This document shows, in pieces, positions 17,219 to 31,344 of a stretch of 64,000 bases of DNA. The stretch lies in assembly GCA_964016885.1 (NCBI GenBank), contig OZ024743.1, forward strand, positions 305,722,001 to 305,786,000, written 5' to 3'. The notes beneath the pieces are model-generated. The model ran no database searches, was not told where the DNA came from, and saw only the letters and a program-made list of their open reading frames with translations. Within the stretch, counting starts at the first letter, position 1. Every line of letters begins with the position of its first letter. A program made the translations under genes and the position numbers. The stretch is from Eledone cirrhosa (Eukaryota).

Positions 17219-17466
17219 TCAGAGTTTTCCTTCTCCTAGAATTCTGCCTTGACAAAGGCTAAGGGGTCATCTCTCCCAGTGATTTTGGATGGCCATTGAC
17301 TCTTAAGAGCTCCTTTGCCCTTTGACAGGTTTTGTTTTTAGTCCTGCAGGATGTCCAAAGTCACCCTCCTCACCAAGAAACCTTGGTGGGATTGCCAGTT
17401 TAGTCGCCAACGACCCGACCATATCTATATATATATAGATACATACATATATATATATACATATAG

Positions 17467-17515
<49 letters not shown>

Positions 17516-17874
17516 CATATCTAGAAGGTCAGTAATATTGTAGAACACTAAAACTATGCATATATCAGATAGGTACCACTCAACAATTGGTAGAACTGGA
17601 GTATATATAATAAAGAAGAAATTAAAAGATGGTTAAAAGGGAACACAATTTTTGTCCCAGGATGATTTTGTATTCGAAATGCGCATAATAAAATATATGG
17701 AACTCTTTTAACCATCTTTTAATTTCTTCTTTATTATATATATACATATATTTATATACATATACATACGTTTTTACATATATATATATAGTAATAATAA
17801 TACATTTGAAGACTAAAATCCAAAGAGGGCTCGATAAGGATAAATATATATCAAATATATAAGAACCGTAGAGC

Positions 17875-20028
17875 AAATATTTATTAAATAACAGGTTAAA
17901 GTTTAAGCAAAGAATCGCTGCTTTCACCTTAACGGGATCTTCTGAAACTAACAAAGTGAATCTGTGAACGCAGAAGTGAATATTTCAAAAAACGTTGCAA
18001 CCGGAGGAAGACAGGAAGACGATATTTTGGTTCGTGGAAACGTTCCCTGGCAAAGAACGGGAATAAACGAATATAATACGTCATTATTTGGAGCGGTGAA
18101 AAACAATTACACGCAAAGACAAAACCACGTTTATGGTATAAAAGAAGTCGTAGACAAATATTCTATTAGGTGGTTCATAGAGACGTTCTCAGGCAATGAA
18201 CGAAAACAACGAATATAATACGTCATATGTGGGGCGGGAGAACAATTGCACGCAAAGACAAAACCACGTAAAAGGTATAACTGAAGTCGTAGACTAAAAT
18301 TATAACTAGGAAACCGAATGATTCTTGGCTTCAGGGTTAAGAATAATGTAAATAAAATACAGGGGTAATTGAAATAAATACATACACGCATCCATATACG
18401 TACATACACAAGCATACGCGAAAACACTCGCCATAGGTATACAAATACACGCACGTACACACAAAAAAAAAACAAAAGAAAAAAAACATAAAAGAAAAAA
18501 CCCACACGCACTTACAAAACCCACTCAGTGCCTGTACCCGCACACATACGAATGTATACACCAAATACACACAAAAATATATATTAAAAATATATATATT
18601 AATATATATATATATATGTGTGTGTGCGTGTATACATATAATTAAATAAACGTATATAAATAAATAAATACGTATATAACAAGCGCCCACACATACCTAA
18701 TGTAAATACACATATGTTCGGAGACTACGTCAACCAAAATACGATGCACACATATACACACACCCTACATACGTACGAACCCGCATACTCACACAGACGC
18801 AAAACTCACGTATACACATAACCAAAGGCATATGTACCAGAATATATAATATATACGCAATAACACATACAATCAAATATACGTACGTGGAAGTATACGT
18901 ACCTTCATAAAAGATACAGGTAAAAATACTTACCTGTACAAATAAGTAATGGTATAAACATAATATATACTTACCTACCACATCAAGACGTAAAATATCC
19001 GCGTATAGTTCGTACTATCCGTTAGGGTATAATGTGGAGCTGTAATACAGGAAAGTTTTGTGCAATTTATGTTTACAAGCCGAAATTGCCTCAGATTTTT
19101 TTGTTTAAGATGTGGTCTTTAGCGTAGTATTTCCAGGGCCTCAGCGGCGCAGAGGTCACATGGTCTTTTATTTTCGTTATACGATTTAGCTTTAGCAAGG
19201 ATCTCCCAGTGTAACTTATATTGGGTATGGTTGTCTTTTAGACTCCAGATATAAGCTGAAAGTGATGTCATATTCCTTCTTAAAGGGTAACGAAAAGAAT
19301 GGGTATGCATGTAAAGACGCTGCTTGAATCTATTGGCGGTTAACCCTATGTAGGCCCTACGGGACGTGGGTGTTTCAACCTTACATTTGTAGACAATGTT
19401 ACTAGAGAGGCATTTCCCGGATAGGGGGCAGTCAACCTGATTCCTACAATTACAGTTAGTACTAACTACAGGGTTGCACGTGTTCCTATGGCTAGGTAGT
19501 TTAGCTAAATTTGAAGCTGTGATATTATGTGCAATGTTAGGTGTCGTAGAGTAAGAAATTTTAATACTATTTCTATTAAAAATGTTACTATATTTATGTG
19601 TAGGGGGAATGCACCATAATAAGGGAGAGAAAGATCTTAGCTAATGGTGTGGCCACCTCCATATTATATCGTGGGTTATACCATATAATGCGTCGGGATC
19701 TATTTCTTCTAGGTCTATTCTCGTACTCTGTATATGCTACCTTATCGACAAATCCACACCGAGCAAGAACTTCATAGTAATATGTGGAATGGTCGTTGAA
19801 AATATGCTCGTTAGTAGATAGACGGGAAAGCCTCAAAGAAACGTTTCTTACCAGGTTCTTGGTTATGCTGGCAGGATGGTTAGAAAGCTTACTTTGTAAT
19901 TAAGCGTATCATTCGGCTTTCTATACGGGTAATGAAAAGCATTCAATAAAAGTTAGTTTCAGAAGATCCCGTTAAGGGTGAAAGTAGCGATTCTTCGCTT
20001 AAACTTTAATCTGTTATTTTAATAAATA
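17875..20028 (-). mobile_element. 5'-truncated Naiad-like PLE with inverted partial pseudo-LTR
   Basis: RLSRLSTNEHIF, RRIIWYNPRY, LSAYIWSLKD, CDLCAAE at 19.1-19.9 kb. Segment 17875-17952 is inverted at 19951-20028. Confidence 0.8.
19955..20005 (+). ncRNA. Variant hammerhead (CAGAAGA core); other copies at 17900-17949 (-) and 53243-53292 (+)
   Basis: agttt-CAGAAGA-tccc-gttaa-gggt-GAAAG...gCTT-aaact. Stems pair, but U4 is replaced by A. Confidence 0.5.
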
Positions 20029-20371
20029 TATATATATATATATATATACATATATATATACATATATATATACATATATATATATACATACATATATATA
20101 CGTATACATACATATATATACATATACATATACATAGATATATATATATATACATGTATACCTATACATACAAATGTGGTTAGATATACATTTACATACA
20201 TATACATACATATATTTATATATACATACATATACATATATAAATATATACACACATACATATATATATACATACATATATATACATATACATAAATATG
20301 TATATATATCCATACATATATATACATATTTATGTATAGATATATAGATATATACATATTTTTATATACAA

Positions 20372-20442
<71 letters not shown>

Positions 20443-20545
20443 CATACCTATATATAAACACATATACATACATATATATACATATACATACATATATACA
20501 TATATATACATACATATATACATATACATACATATATACATATAT

Positions 20546-20587
<42 letters not shown>

Positions 20588-20732
20588 GTTAAAATACTGG
20601 AGCGTGTTGGAGTTAAACACCCTCTTCGTATTATAGAAATGACAGTAAAAGGTATAGCTCAATGTAGTTAAACAGAGCCGAAAAATTAAGAGAGTAAAAC
20701 AAAGAAGCCTTCAATACATCAAAAGTCTTTAT

Positions 20733-20775
20733 TAGCCGACAATGTTTCGTCCTATTAAGGACTCATCAGGGCAAT
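20733..20775 (-). ncRNA. Canonical minimal type I hammerhead ribozyme
   Basis: Minus strand: gcc-CTGATGA-gtcct-taat-aggac-GAAAC-att-GTC-ggc. Intact core, GUC cleavage triplet. Confidence 0.85.
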
Positions 20776-21264
20776 TAAAACAACAAAAAGTAATATCGGC
20801 AGATACAAGCCGGAATCTCCGAAGAATATGTAGTGTACATACACTAAAGTATTGCAAAGATGTATAATAAAAATAATAAAAATATATAATAAGAATTACT
20901 AAGGATGTATATAACATTAAGAACCATATTACAAATATAGTCCAAAGCAAAAAAAGCCTAGAGCTAAACAAAGGTGGTTATATAGAGCAGGAAATTATAT
21001 ATAATACAATGTAATATAATATAATATAATATAATATAATATACCTTTACCAACACTAAAATTAGAATAAAAATCAAAAGGTACAATAAGCATATGCATA
21101 TATGTGCGCACACGTACACACACATATACATACAACAATACACACATCCATCTTCAACTGCACAAATTAAACCTTATCAAGAGTTTGAATATAAAAATAA
21201 GCATGATAGGAATGAAAATAATAATAATAATAATACTAATACATCTACCCAATATACATGAGGT

Positions 21265-21388
21265 AATAATTGTTTCTACTTTTGGCACAAGGCCAGCAAT
21301 TTCCCAGTGTATTACTGGTACTTTATTTTATCGACCCCGTAAGGATGAAAGGCAAAGTTAACCTCGGCGGGATTTGAACTCAGAATGA
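21265..21388 (-). mobile_element. SINE family 1, partial, inside the PLE 3' region
   Basis: Reverse complement of the SINE core and tail. Confidence 0.8.
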
Positions 21389-22714
21389 GTTAATAATATG
21401 ATATAATTATAAGTAGCACATATAATAAATAGTAAATAATACAATTATATACTATATAATACAATATAATAGAATAGATAATCTCCGGTTAATTTACACA
21501 AACAATATAGATGTCACAATAATAATATAATAATAATATAATAACATTTATAATATACAATATACTAACATTTATAATAAACAATATATAATGGTGCTCA
21601 AGTTAACAAATCAATTCATACTGGGTTACAGAGTATGTGAGGAAAAAATAAATTGTACAATACCCCCAAAAAATATTTTGATGGTACAAAAGGACAAACA
21701 TCTTACATGATATATAAAGTTTAACATATCATAATGTTACATATAATTAACGGTAAGTAATAAGGATCAATATCACAATAAAAAATACAATATAATATAA
21801 TATATTATATAAAATAAATTAACATAATATAATATATAATTACTTATAATTACAAGGTTGGTAGACAGACATGTATATGGATGAGTGAGTAAGTGCCAGA
21901 CAGTAAATATAATGCACAGTAGTATTACAAATAAAATATAAAATATAAAATATAGAATAAAATAAATAAATAAATGGAATCAACCGGAAATTAAAAAACA
22001 AAAACAAACGTATACGTTTAGGTCTCACATGCAGTTAAGTAGTTAAGTAAAAACTAAAGAAACAACCCCTGTAAATGACTCAAAAACCCTATTTGATAAA
22101 TTAATATTAAAAATATTTAAACTATCCAATAAGGCAGTATAATATTAGCTATAGTTTAAGTCATTAAATTTTATAAATGTTAATATTTCGTTACAAATGT
22201 TTACAAAAAGGAATGAAAATTTTTTACTATCATATACATAACGATATCTAAAAAACTGACTTAAGCAGAATTAAGGTAGGCTAATATGGACAGAAATGAA
22301 GAAATATATGGAGGATGCAAAGGGGCATAAAAAATAGTCGATATACTATATTACATAATAGAAAGGAGCGTAAAAGAGGGGGGGGGTAAATATAATCATA
22401 GTCAAGTTGGAGGGGTTGATAATAAGTTTATGTGCACATGGGGGGGGGGGGGGTTCCAAAGAAGAATCCGAATAAAAATAAAAATAAGAATAAAATAAAA
22501 TAAAATAAATAGCGTAAAATATATAGTCTTATATACATTCATAAGGTGTAATAGTGAAAATTTAATGCGTAAGACGATAGATATGGTACAGTAGCCAAAA
22601 GATTATGAGAGCTAGAATAAAGAGTCATCAAAAACCAATGATAATAATGATGATAATAATAATGTTGGCAAACAAAAGAACCTAAACTAAAAAATAAATA
22701 ATGGAATATATCAG

Positions 22715-23155
22715 CTAATGGGTACAATTTGTACTACTAGAACGTTTAGGTTTATAATAAAAGTATGAATTAGAAATAGCGTGGGGGCAAGAAGAGAATA
22801 TCTCAGACTTTCTATTAAGTAAGGATGCGCTAGAGAAGATTATAGAGTGTGTCTCGAGGATACAGAGATTACAAAACTTAGTATGTGTAGAAAGGTGGTT
22901 AGAGCGTGCTACTAAACGCCAGTTAAGGCTATGTGGTATATTAGCTCCCTTAAGATCCCAGATATAATGTGCTAAAGAAGTAGAATTCTTAAACTTAACA
23001 TGCTTGAAATTAGAGATATGAGAGTTAAACCTAGTCTTAAAAGTGTTAGATGTAGAGCCTATATAAGTTCTATTAGAGGAATTAGTTATAACTTCGCAAG
23101 CATAGACAATGTTCTTAGAAAGGCAGTTACCGTTTAAAGGGCAGTTAGCACTCAC
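22715..23155 (-). pseudogene. PLE GIY-YIG endonuclease segment
   Basis: CPLNGNCLSKNIVYAC...YIGST...FKTRFNSH...CNLCILE...LLNRKSE...CPH. Confidence 0.85.
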
Positions 23156-23325
23156 TCTACAATTGCACTTCCGGGTGTTATTGGTTGGCTCGAGTGGTGA
23201 TGCATTACACGTAGGATTGGTATTAGATAAGGACTGTTCTGGTGGTAATGCATTGCCAGATCTATTCAGACTAGTAGTATGTAGAGAGGAGAATCCATCC
23301 CTAATTTTCCTATTGTTAGTGCTAG

Positions 23326-24549
23326 CTAAATGAGAACTAATATTAGGGGTGGTAGAGAATGAAAGTTTAATAACATTTTTATTAAAAATACTATGGTATT
23401 TATGAGAAGGGGGAAATTTTTCTCTAAGATAGAGAAGAAAGACCTAGGGATATTAGTTGATACTTCCTGATTATATGGCGGGTTAAAATAAGTATTTAAT
23501 CGCCTTCTATTTTTATTCTTACCGACTCTACCATTATCAAATATCCCACCATCGAGACTAGGGTTACTACAAGGATTAGTTAAAGCCGCATTCATACAAT
23601 CAGCCAAAATTTCGTTAAGTCTATTACAGTTTCTACCTCCAGTAGATCCGCTGCTGTCCGGAATCCCATCATAAGGATTAGGGCCAATGATAGGATCAGT
23701 AGGAGCAACATTATTAGTAGAATAAGATCCAGCAAAATTATCACCAATGTGTGAGCGCTCAGGGGGTTCAACTTGTTTCCTAGAGGTATTATACTCACTA
23801 TTACGAGTCCGGTGGGTTAACTTATGGATGGGTTCAGATACACCTATATCATTTTTACGGTTACTATGTTTGCTACTCCCATTCATGGCCATGTTATGTG
23901 ATATTATGTTACTATTATTAAAAGTAGACGGAGATTTTCTAAGGTTATTATAGTGTATTTTACTAGAGTAACCTGAATTTGCTAGGGCATTATTATAGTA
24001 CTCCGCATGTTCATTGAATGTTCCTACGTCCTTAGAGAGTGTGGAAATCCTATTAGATACACCCTTAATTATAGAGCTTATCATAGACTTGGGGTGGTTA
24101 GAATTGGGACTAACATAAGAAAGTATTTCATTAGGCTTATGGAAGGGTTTAAAACTATTAGTGACCAAGTCCAAAGTCACATCTAAAAAGTTAACCGCTC
24201 TATCATTTCTATCTATCGTGATCGAAAGGTTATAGCTTTTAAAAAACTTATAAAGCTTCTTCTTATTATGTTCTACATTGTTGGTGCTAGAGTTAATTAC
24301 AAACAATGCATCATCACGATATAGTCCGCCTATAAGGTGCGGGAAGGTAGCATATAGTTCATTAAGGAGGAACAACCCAACAAGATCAGTAACCTGGGCC
24401 GAATCACTCGAACCCATTGTAACGTCGAAATTATTGGGCGTGTTTTTACGGGTCCAAAATGTGTCCTCAAATTTAATAATAGTTTTACGGGCTGCTAGTA
24501 TAATATCTACCTGTGATCGTGTAAGGCTGGACACTCTCATGGCCAACAT
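23326..24549 (-). pseudogene. PLE reverse transcriptase segment
   Basis: GGLYRDD, VNFLDVTLDL, SNHP. Frameshifted relative to the endonuclease ORF. Confidence 0.85.
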
Positions 24550-25011
24550 TAAAGCTTTATTGAGGAGGATGGGTGAAATTGATGTGTAGTATGCATCAAT
24601 ATCGAATTGGATAAACTTATTAGATTCAAGTCTATTAATCCCGGAGAACCAATCTATAACTTCCTTAGTGTTCCCCCATAGGTTAAAATTAACCTTATCC
24701 CTAACATCTGGTATAATAAGGTCAAGGATTTTTTTTACTGATAATGGCTATATCAGACTTAGAAGGACAGATGAGTCTAACAGAGGGGTTACTAATAAAA
24801 TCAACCTTATGATCCTTAAGAGTGAATCTCGGTTCTCGAGGGTAATATGGCTGGGTATACTTATCGAGGCCGAGGTCAGAGACAATTCTAAGGCCCTCAC
24901 TATTGATGTGGTTCAAATCCTCAAGCGTAGTTTTTTTATAGTTTCTATGCAGCATGTATACGTATATATATATACTATGCAGCATGTATACGTATATATA
25001 TATACGTATAC

Positions 25012-25360
25012 ATGGTGGCTGCCAACTCGTTTTCGAGTACGGCCACTACTTTATATTCATGTAGGAGAACCCCTACCGATGGGCTGAACGAGTGTGACTT
25101 TTAGTTGAGCCAGCGACCTGAAAACTCTGGTACAAACACTACACTTGTGACAATTATTGACACATAGTGCTGGGCCCATGGTACCATGTGATGACAAGTG
25201 CAGAGAGATCTCCAGATGTAAAGCAATGCCTGTGCCGTGAAGCTTTTATAGTGAGCAAAGGCACTGCACAAAGTCAGTCCCACTCTCTTAACCAAGATGA
25301 TATTTACCAAAAAGAACAAGTTAACATCATTGGATACCATCAGGGTTGCAGGTGTTATAC
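25012..25360 (+). repeat. Dispersed repeat of about 350 bp, copy 2
   Basis: Close match to 16870-17218. Confidence 0.85.
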
Positions 25361-26438
25361 ACATACATATATATATACATATACAAACATATATATACAT
25401 AAACATTCATATATATACATGTACATACTTATATATATATAGAGATATACATACAAATGCATAGATAAACATTTACATACATATATATACATATACAAAT
25501 ATAATACGCTTTTACTCTTTTACTCTTTCACTTGTTCCAGCCATCCGACTGAGGCCATGCTGGGGCACCGCCTTTGTATGCTACACATTTTATCTCCATC
25601 CTGTATTGGTTGGCCACTGGTGTAAGAGCGAGTTTGTTGTTGCTGCCCTTAGGTTTCCCTCGAGCCTTGCTGTGGGCTCATCCGGGATCCTGGATAGCAA
25701 GGTGTCGAGATGTTTCTTGAAGACATCCAGCTCCACACTATGCAGATCTCTCAGATCCCTTGGCAGCTTGTTGAAGAGTTGAGGGCCCTTGAATCCCAGG
25801 CTATTGCAATACCTGCTCCTTATTCTAGATGTGGAAGACGGGACCTTTTGCACCACACAGTGACGTCCTGTTCGACGGTTGGTCCAGCTCCCAATGCCAA
25901 AGTTTGGTGCTAGTCCCTCCAGGATTTTCCACATGTAGATCACTGCGTATCTCTCCCATCTTCGTTCCAAGGAGTAGAGGTTCAGTTCTTTTAGCCTCTC
26001 TCAGTAGTTTATCTCCTTCATCCTGGCAATCCTCTTGGTGTAGCTTCGCTGGATTGCCTCAAGCTCCGTGGTTAGTTTCACACTATGGGGTGACCACAAC
26101 TGAGAGCAATAGTCCAGGCGGCTTAGGACAAATGTCCTCCATAGTGTCAACATGGTGTCTCGGTCTCTTGTCCAGAAAGTCCTCAAGATCCAGCCAGCGA
26201 GTCGGCTGCACATTGTCGCCACTTTCATGATGTGTGAAGAAAAACATACATCATCGCTCTTGTCTATACCAAGGTCTCGTATCGATTTTGACACGGGTAT
26301 ATCGGTCCCTCCCTGTCCTGCGTAACTGTGTTGTACTGTATTTGTGTTTGCAGGTTTCTATTGTAGGGCTTGGACTTTGCTAGCATTAAACTGCATGTTG
26401 TTTTCTTCCGCCCATTTGTATATGGCATCCAGATCATT

Positions 26439-27083
26439 TTATAAAAGGGCAGCGTCAGCCGAGGTTTTGATTGCTTGTGCTACCTTAGTGTCATCAGCAT
26501 AGATAGTGAGGGACGTTGTTGTATGTACTGCAGAGGGCATTTCTGCGAGAGCCACCAAAAACAGTAGTGGTCCCAGGACCGTCCCCTGGAGCAGCCCACT
26601 TGTTATTGGTGTTTCCTTTGAGAGGGCCCCGTTTGCTGCGACCGTCTGGCTTCTGTCCTTTAGGAAGTCATGAAGCCACTCACCTACTTTTCCAGTTATG
26701 CCGAGTTCGTGTAGTTTGTGACATATCATCCCGTGGTCGACCTTGTCAAAAGCCTTCGCAAAGTCAAGATATATCACGTCCACATGTGAGCTGTCTAGCA
26801 GTTGTTTCAATACCCAGTCGTAGTGATGTAGTAGCTGTGTAAGACAGCTTCTTCCTGGGCGGAAGCCATGCTGCGTGCTAGTCAGGCGGTCATTTTCCGC
26901 GAGGAAAGTGATCAATTTCTTTCTGACGACTCGCTCCATGACCTTACTGATATGTGACGTCAGGGAGACTTGCCTATAGTTTTTGGCCTCCGATCTGCTA
27001 TCTCCTTTATAGATAGGGCATATTGTGCCTTCTTTCAGCTCCCTGGGTAGTATACCGCTAGCCATGGAGCTTCTGAAGAGCAT
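26439..27083 (-). pseudogene. LINE reverse transcriptase core
   Basis: NYRQVSLTS, QHGFR, DFAKAFDKV, YADD. Confidence 0.9.
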
Positions 27084-27454
27084 CTTCAGTTGCTAAGGCC
27101 CGCTTACATGTTTTTAGAGGACTGCTGGGAATCCATCAGGCACAGTAGCTGAGTCTGTTTTAATTTCATCTATGGCGTCTACCACATCCTGCTCCCTTAT
27201 GTCGATGTGGTTGATGGTCGTCATTTCTTCATGTAGTGTTGTGGCATCAAAGAACTCCTTTGGCTTTGTTATTTGCATGTGCCTCAGTGGACATGTGAAC
27301 ATACTTTTGTATTGTTCATTCAGTATTTCACATATCTCTTGGGGATTGTCGGTTAATGAACCGTCTGTATGGAAGAGTGGCCCAATCTTGCAATGTACCG
27401 AGGCAGTTTCTTTTGCAAATTTAAAGAAGGCCTTAGGATTTGTTTTAATATTTT

Positions 27455-28530
27455 CTATGGCCCTGCTTTCTTTCTTTGCCCTCTCATTTTCATGGGAAAT
27501 TTGAGTGCAATCTCGGTGTCAAGTAGTGCACGTTTCAAATAGGATTCCTTCTTGTTTTTGTTTTCTTGTTGTGCATTCAACTGGTTTGAGAGCTTGGTTC
27601 TACGTCTCATGAGGATTTTCCTATCTCTGGGAATAAGATTTTTGTGTCTGTTTGCCTTTTTCTCCGGGACAAACTTCTTGCATATAGTGTGTATCGTTGT
27701 CATGAAGTGTTGAAATTGTGTGTTGGTGTCATGTGTGGCGGTGTTTTCGCTCCATATTTGCTTCCGGATTTCTCTCTTGATCTTTTTCCAGTTAGCCTTG
27801 TAGAAGTTAAGGCTGGATAACGTCCCGATGCTTCTTGATGGTTGTGTCTCTGTTGGTTCTCTCGGACCACATATCATTAGTTCTACTAAGTTATGATCCG
27901 AGAAGATTGTTGGTGTCACCTTTACATTGTGGATGAGCACTTCATTGTTTGTAAAACAGAGGTCCAGGACATTTCCGCCTCTTGTTGGGAGGAGTACTGC
28001 TTGTTCCATGAACAAGCTGTGTGTGAGGGCCAGCAGGGACTCCATCTGTCTCTGTTCTATTGACGTAATTCCAGGGAGGAGGTGGCCCTCAGGCCATTTG
28101 ACCTTTGGCAGGTTGAAGTCTCCCAGCAGTAGAATGTTGAGACCCTGATCCAGTTTGTCAAGGACCTCTTCTATCCTACTGAGGCTATCCTCAAATTTAC
28201 CCTCATGACTGGAGACATATATTACTGTCTTTCGTTGCATTATATTTACTATCAGTGTGTCACAAACTGAGTTTGAATGTGTCAACAGTACAATTGGTGT
28301 GACATCTTCACGGATATATAGAGCAACCCCACCATGAGTTCTCTCCTTCCTGTCCGAACGAAATACAGTATATTTCGGTATATTTATATCTGCATTTGCT
28401 ATACTGCTTGCCAGGTGCGTTTCAGTTAGTGCCATGCATAATGCTTGATTGCTTATGGTTATGTCTCCCAGGTAGGAAATTTTACTCATGTTAGTGAGTT
28501 TCACCAGGCCTCTAATATTCAGCAGCAGCA
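27455..28530 (-). pseudogene. LINE apurinic-like endonuclease domain
   Basis: APE motifs within ORF 27455-28909. Confidence 0.85.
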
Positions 28531-29233
28531 CTGGTGTGGATTTTAGGGTGCCAGCAATGGCTGTCGGTATGACAACTGGCCTGGTGTCAGCGGCGGCCAA
28601 TCTGGGTCCCTTAATTGTGGTGATCTCGAGTGCTGGTATGCGTGACCCTGGCTCTGGAAACGATGCAGCCAGATCAGCTGTCCCACAATCTTCTCTGCCA
28701 TCACTGAAACATTTTTCTGCTCTGCTGCTGCAATCTGTATCTCGTGGCATGTGCGTGCCTTCTCCTTGTTGGCGCGGCACGTGCGACATAAGCATACTTC
28801 TGAAGCGGCTTGTTTTGAGTTTGGCTGGGGCATGTTGCGCGAGTAGGATGGGCATAGTTCGTTTGGGACCTGGGGTGTACGAATCTGCAGTCCATCCCTG
28901 TCTCTCCATGCCAGCAGGTCCCGTTCCTGAATAACTTGCACATTACTTGGGTTTTCTTGCTCCCAGTTTCTCGGTGCTTTCTGTTCTTCCTTTGGACAGT
29001 TGTCCACTGGTCCCTCTGCGCTTGGTTCTCCTTCGGATGGTGATTTCGTTTGTCACCTTTAGGTTTGCTTGTTTGTTGCCCGGCCTGCACTCCCTGTGTG
29101 TATATATGTATATATAAAAATATATATACACATATATACATATATATTCATATACATAAATATACATATATATCCATACATATATATATGCTTATACATA
29201 TATATATATATACATATACATACATATATATAT

Positions 29234-29276
<43 letters not shown>

Positions 29277-29287
29277 CATATATATAT

Positions 29288-29318
<31 letters not shown>

Positions 29319-29333
29319 CATACATATATATAT

Positions 29334-29384
<51 letters not shown>

Positions 29385-29443
29385 TACATATACATTTACA
29401 TACATATATATATATACATATACATACATATACAAATATATAC

Positions 29444-29494
<51 letters not shown>

Positions 29495-29946
29495 GATATA
29501 TTTGGCTACTGTCTTTTTAACACCCCACTCCTCACTGATTAACCTCGATGTCACGTGATTGATTCTTTTGAATTTGCCACTGACCGGGAAGGTAGTGAAA
29601 TTTTTAGTGTCTTGAAATTTAGTCTGCGCTTGCTTCTTTTCCATTCACTGAATTATTTTTATTTGAGATCCCTGTGTCCGCCTATCGCCTGTGATCTTAG
29701 CAGAGAATTGACTCCCTGGTGAAGAAAGGAATTCTCCATGGTTTTGACACTATGTATATCCCTTTCAGAAACTAATTAGTTGGAGTGAAACCTAAGTAAG
29801 TAAGTTAATTATTATAATTTTCTTATTTTATGTCTTTCATATAATTTTTCCCCATTTTTGTATTGAACCGCAAAGTTACTAAGACGAAACCTATATCTTG
29901 CTAGCATAAGTATACTTCTGTATAAATATGTTGGTAGATATACTAA

Positions 29947-30142
<196 letters not shown>

Positions 30143-30197
30143 ATGTATATATATATGTCACCTTGACCTTGACCGTATATATATATATATGCATGTA

Positions 30198-30247
<50 letters not shown>

Positions 30248-30252
<5 letters not shown>

Positions 30253-31344
30253 ATACTTGGGGAGGGCCATATTTGTGTAATATTGCCAGAATTAATAACA
30301 AAACACACTCACTGTTTGGTTGGTTTTCGCTTTTCGCTTCTGTGTCTTTTATATCGGTAATATAATGTATTCGGTCCTCAATGTTGCCATTGACTGATCA
30401 ACGGTCAAAAATAATACAGATACAATAGGGACACAAACACATATATATAGTTTATCAAAGTTCTTTCGTTGCACATCTGCAACATCGTCAGTGGTGCTAT
30501 TGTTCCCTCCCGTTGCATTGTATTTTCTACGCCATCTTTATTTAGTCTGTTTATATATTTATTTATTTGTTTATTTTATTTTGTCTTCTTTGCGCATGCG
30601 TGTGCGTGTAGTGTTTTGTTTGATGTGTGTTCGTGGTTGGGTGACTGTGTATTGGTTAATGTATTCTATCTTTACTAGTGTGTGTTTATATGCGTTTGTT
30701 GTTATTGTGCTTGTGTATGTATGTATTTATTTATTTATCTATTTATTTATTTATACTTCTCATAGGTCAGTGTTGTTTGTTTGGGTGTTGTTGTTATTCC
30801 ATTCATTCTTTCTGTTTAGCCTTGGCCTTCTAAATTCTATTTCACTGGCCTCTCTGATTTGCCTATCTGCTGGGTCATTTCTATGTTTAGATATTATTCT
30901 AATTTATATGTTGTCTATGTTACCGTCGTGTTGTTGTCTGGCATGTTCGTATAGTACTGAACCGTTTTTTCGTCCTTTTAGTTCCCCCCAGTGTTGGTCT
31001 ATCCTTTCACCTATGCTATGAGCTGTCTCGCCTATGTATGTTGCTGTCATGTTTCTGCAAGTACCCTCTGTACATCTCATGCTATAGACTACGTTTCTAG
31101 TTTTACAGCTTATCCGGGGGTTTACCTTACATATGATACATTTCCTATTAGTACAGTGGGTTTTCTTAAAAGGGTAGGTTTTGCTTATCAGGGATTTTAT
31201 GGTGGTTCCTGGCTTTTCTACCACCTTAATCTTTAAGTGGGTCTTTCTCAGGGCCTTTCTAGACTGGTTAGATAATTTCCCTCCAGGGGTAGCGTCCACA
31301 AACATGACACTCTGGTATCTCTGCTTGTCGTATCATGAGGTGGC
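30248..31344 (-). mobile_element. Second-clade PLE 3' half (Cys linker, GIY-YIG, pseudo-LTR)
   Basis: Homologous to 9510-10545. HCTNRKCIICK...CKTRNVVY...YIGET. Confidence 0.9.

Larger units (their letters stand above)
20585..24940 (-). mobile_element. Large Naiad-like PLE: most of RT, GIY-YIG, about 2-kb 3' region with HHR
   Basis: TLKDHK...PSVRLICPSKSD, FDIDAYYTSI, MGSSDSAQVTDLVG, YRDD, SNHP, CNCRVSANCPLNGNCL, YIGST, CNLC. Frameshifts are present. Confidence 0.9.
25508..29097 (-). mobile_element. CR1/L2-group LINE, near full length and frameshifted
   Basis: APE motifs LNIRGL, LTETHL, HGGVALY, GDFNLP, LDLCFTN, SDHNLV. RT motifs YLDFAKAFDKVDH, QGTVLGPLLF, YADDTK. Upstream CCCH-like CKLFRNGTCWHGETGMDCRFVHP. 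3' tail (AAAAGAGT)n-like. Confidence 0.9.
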
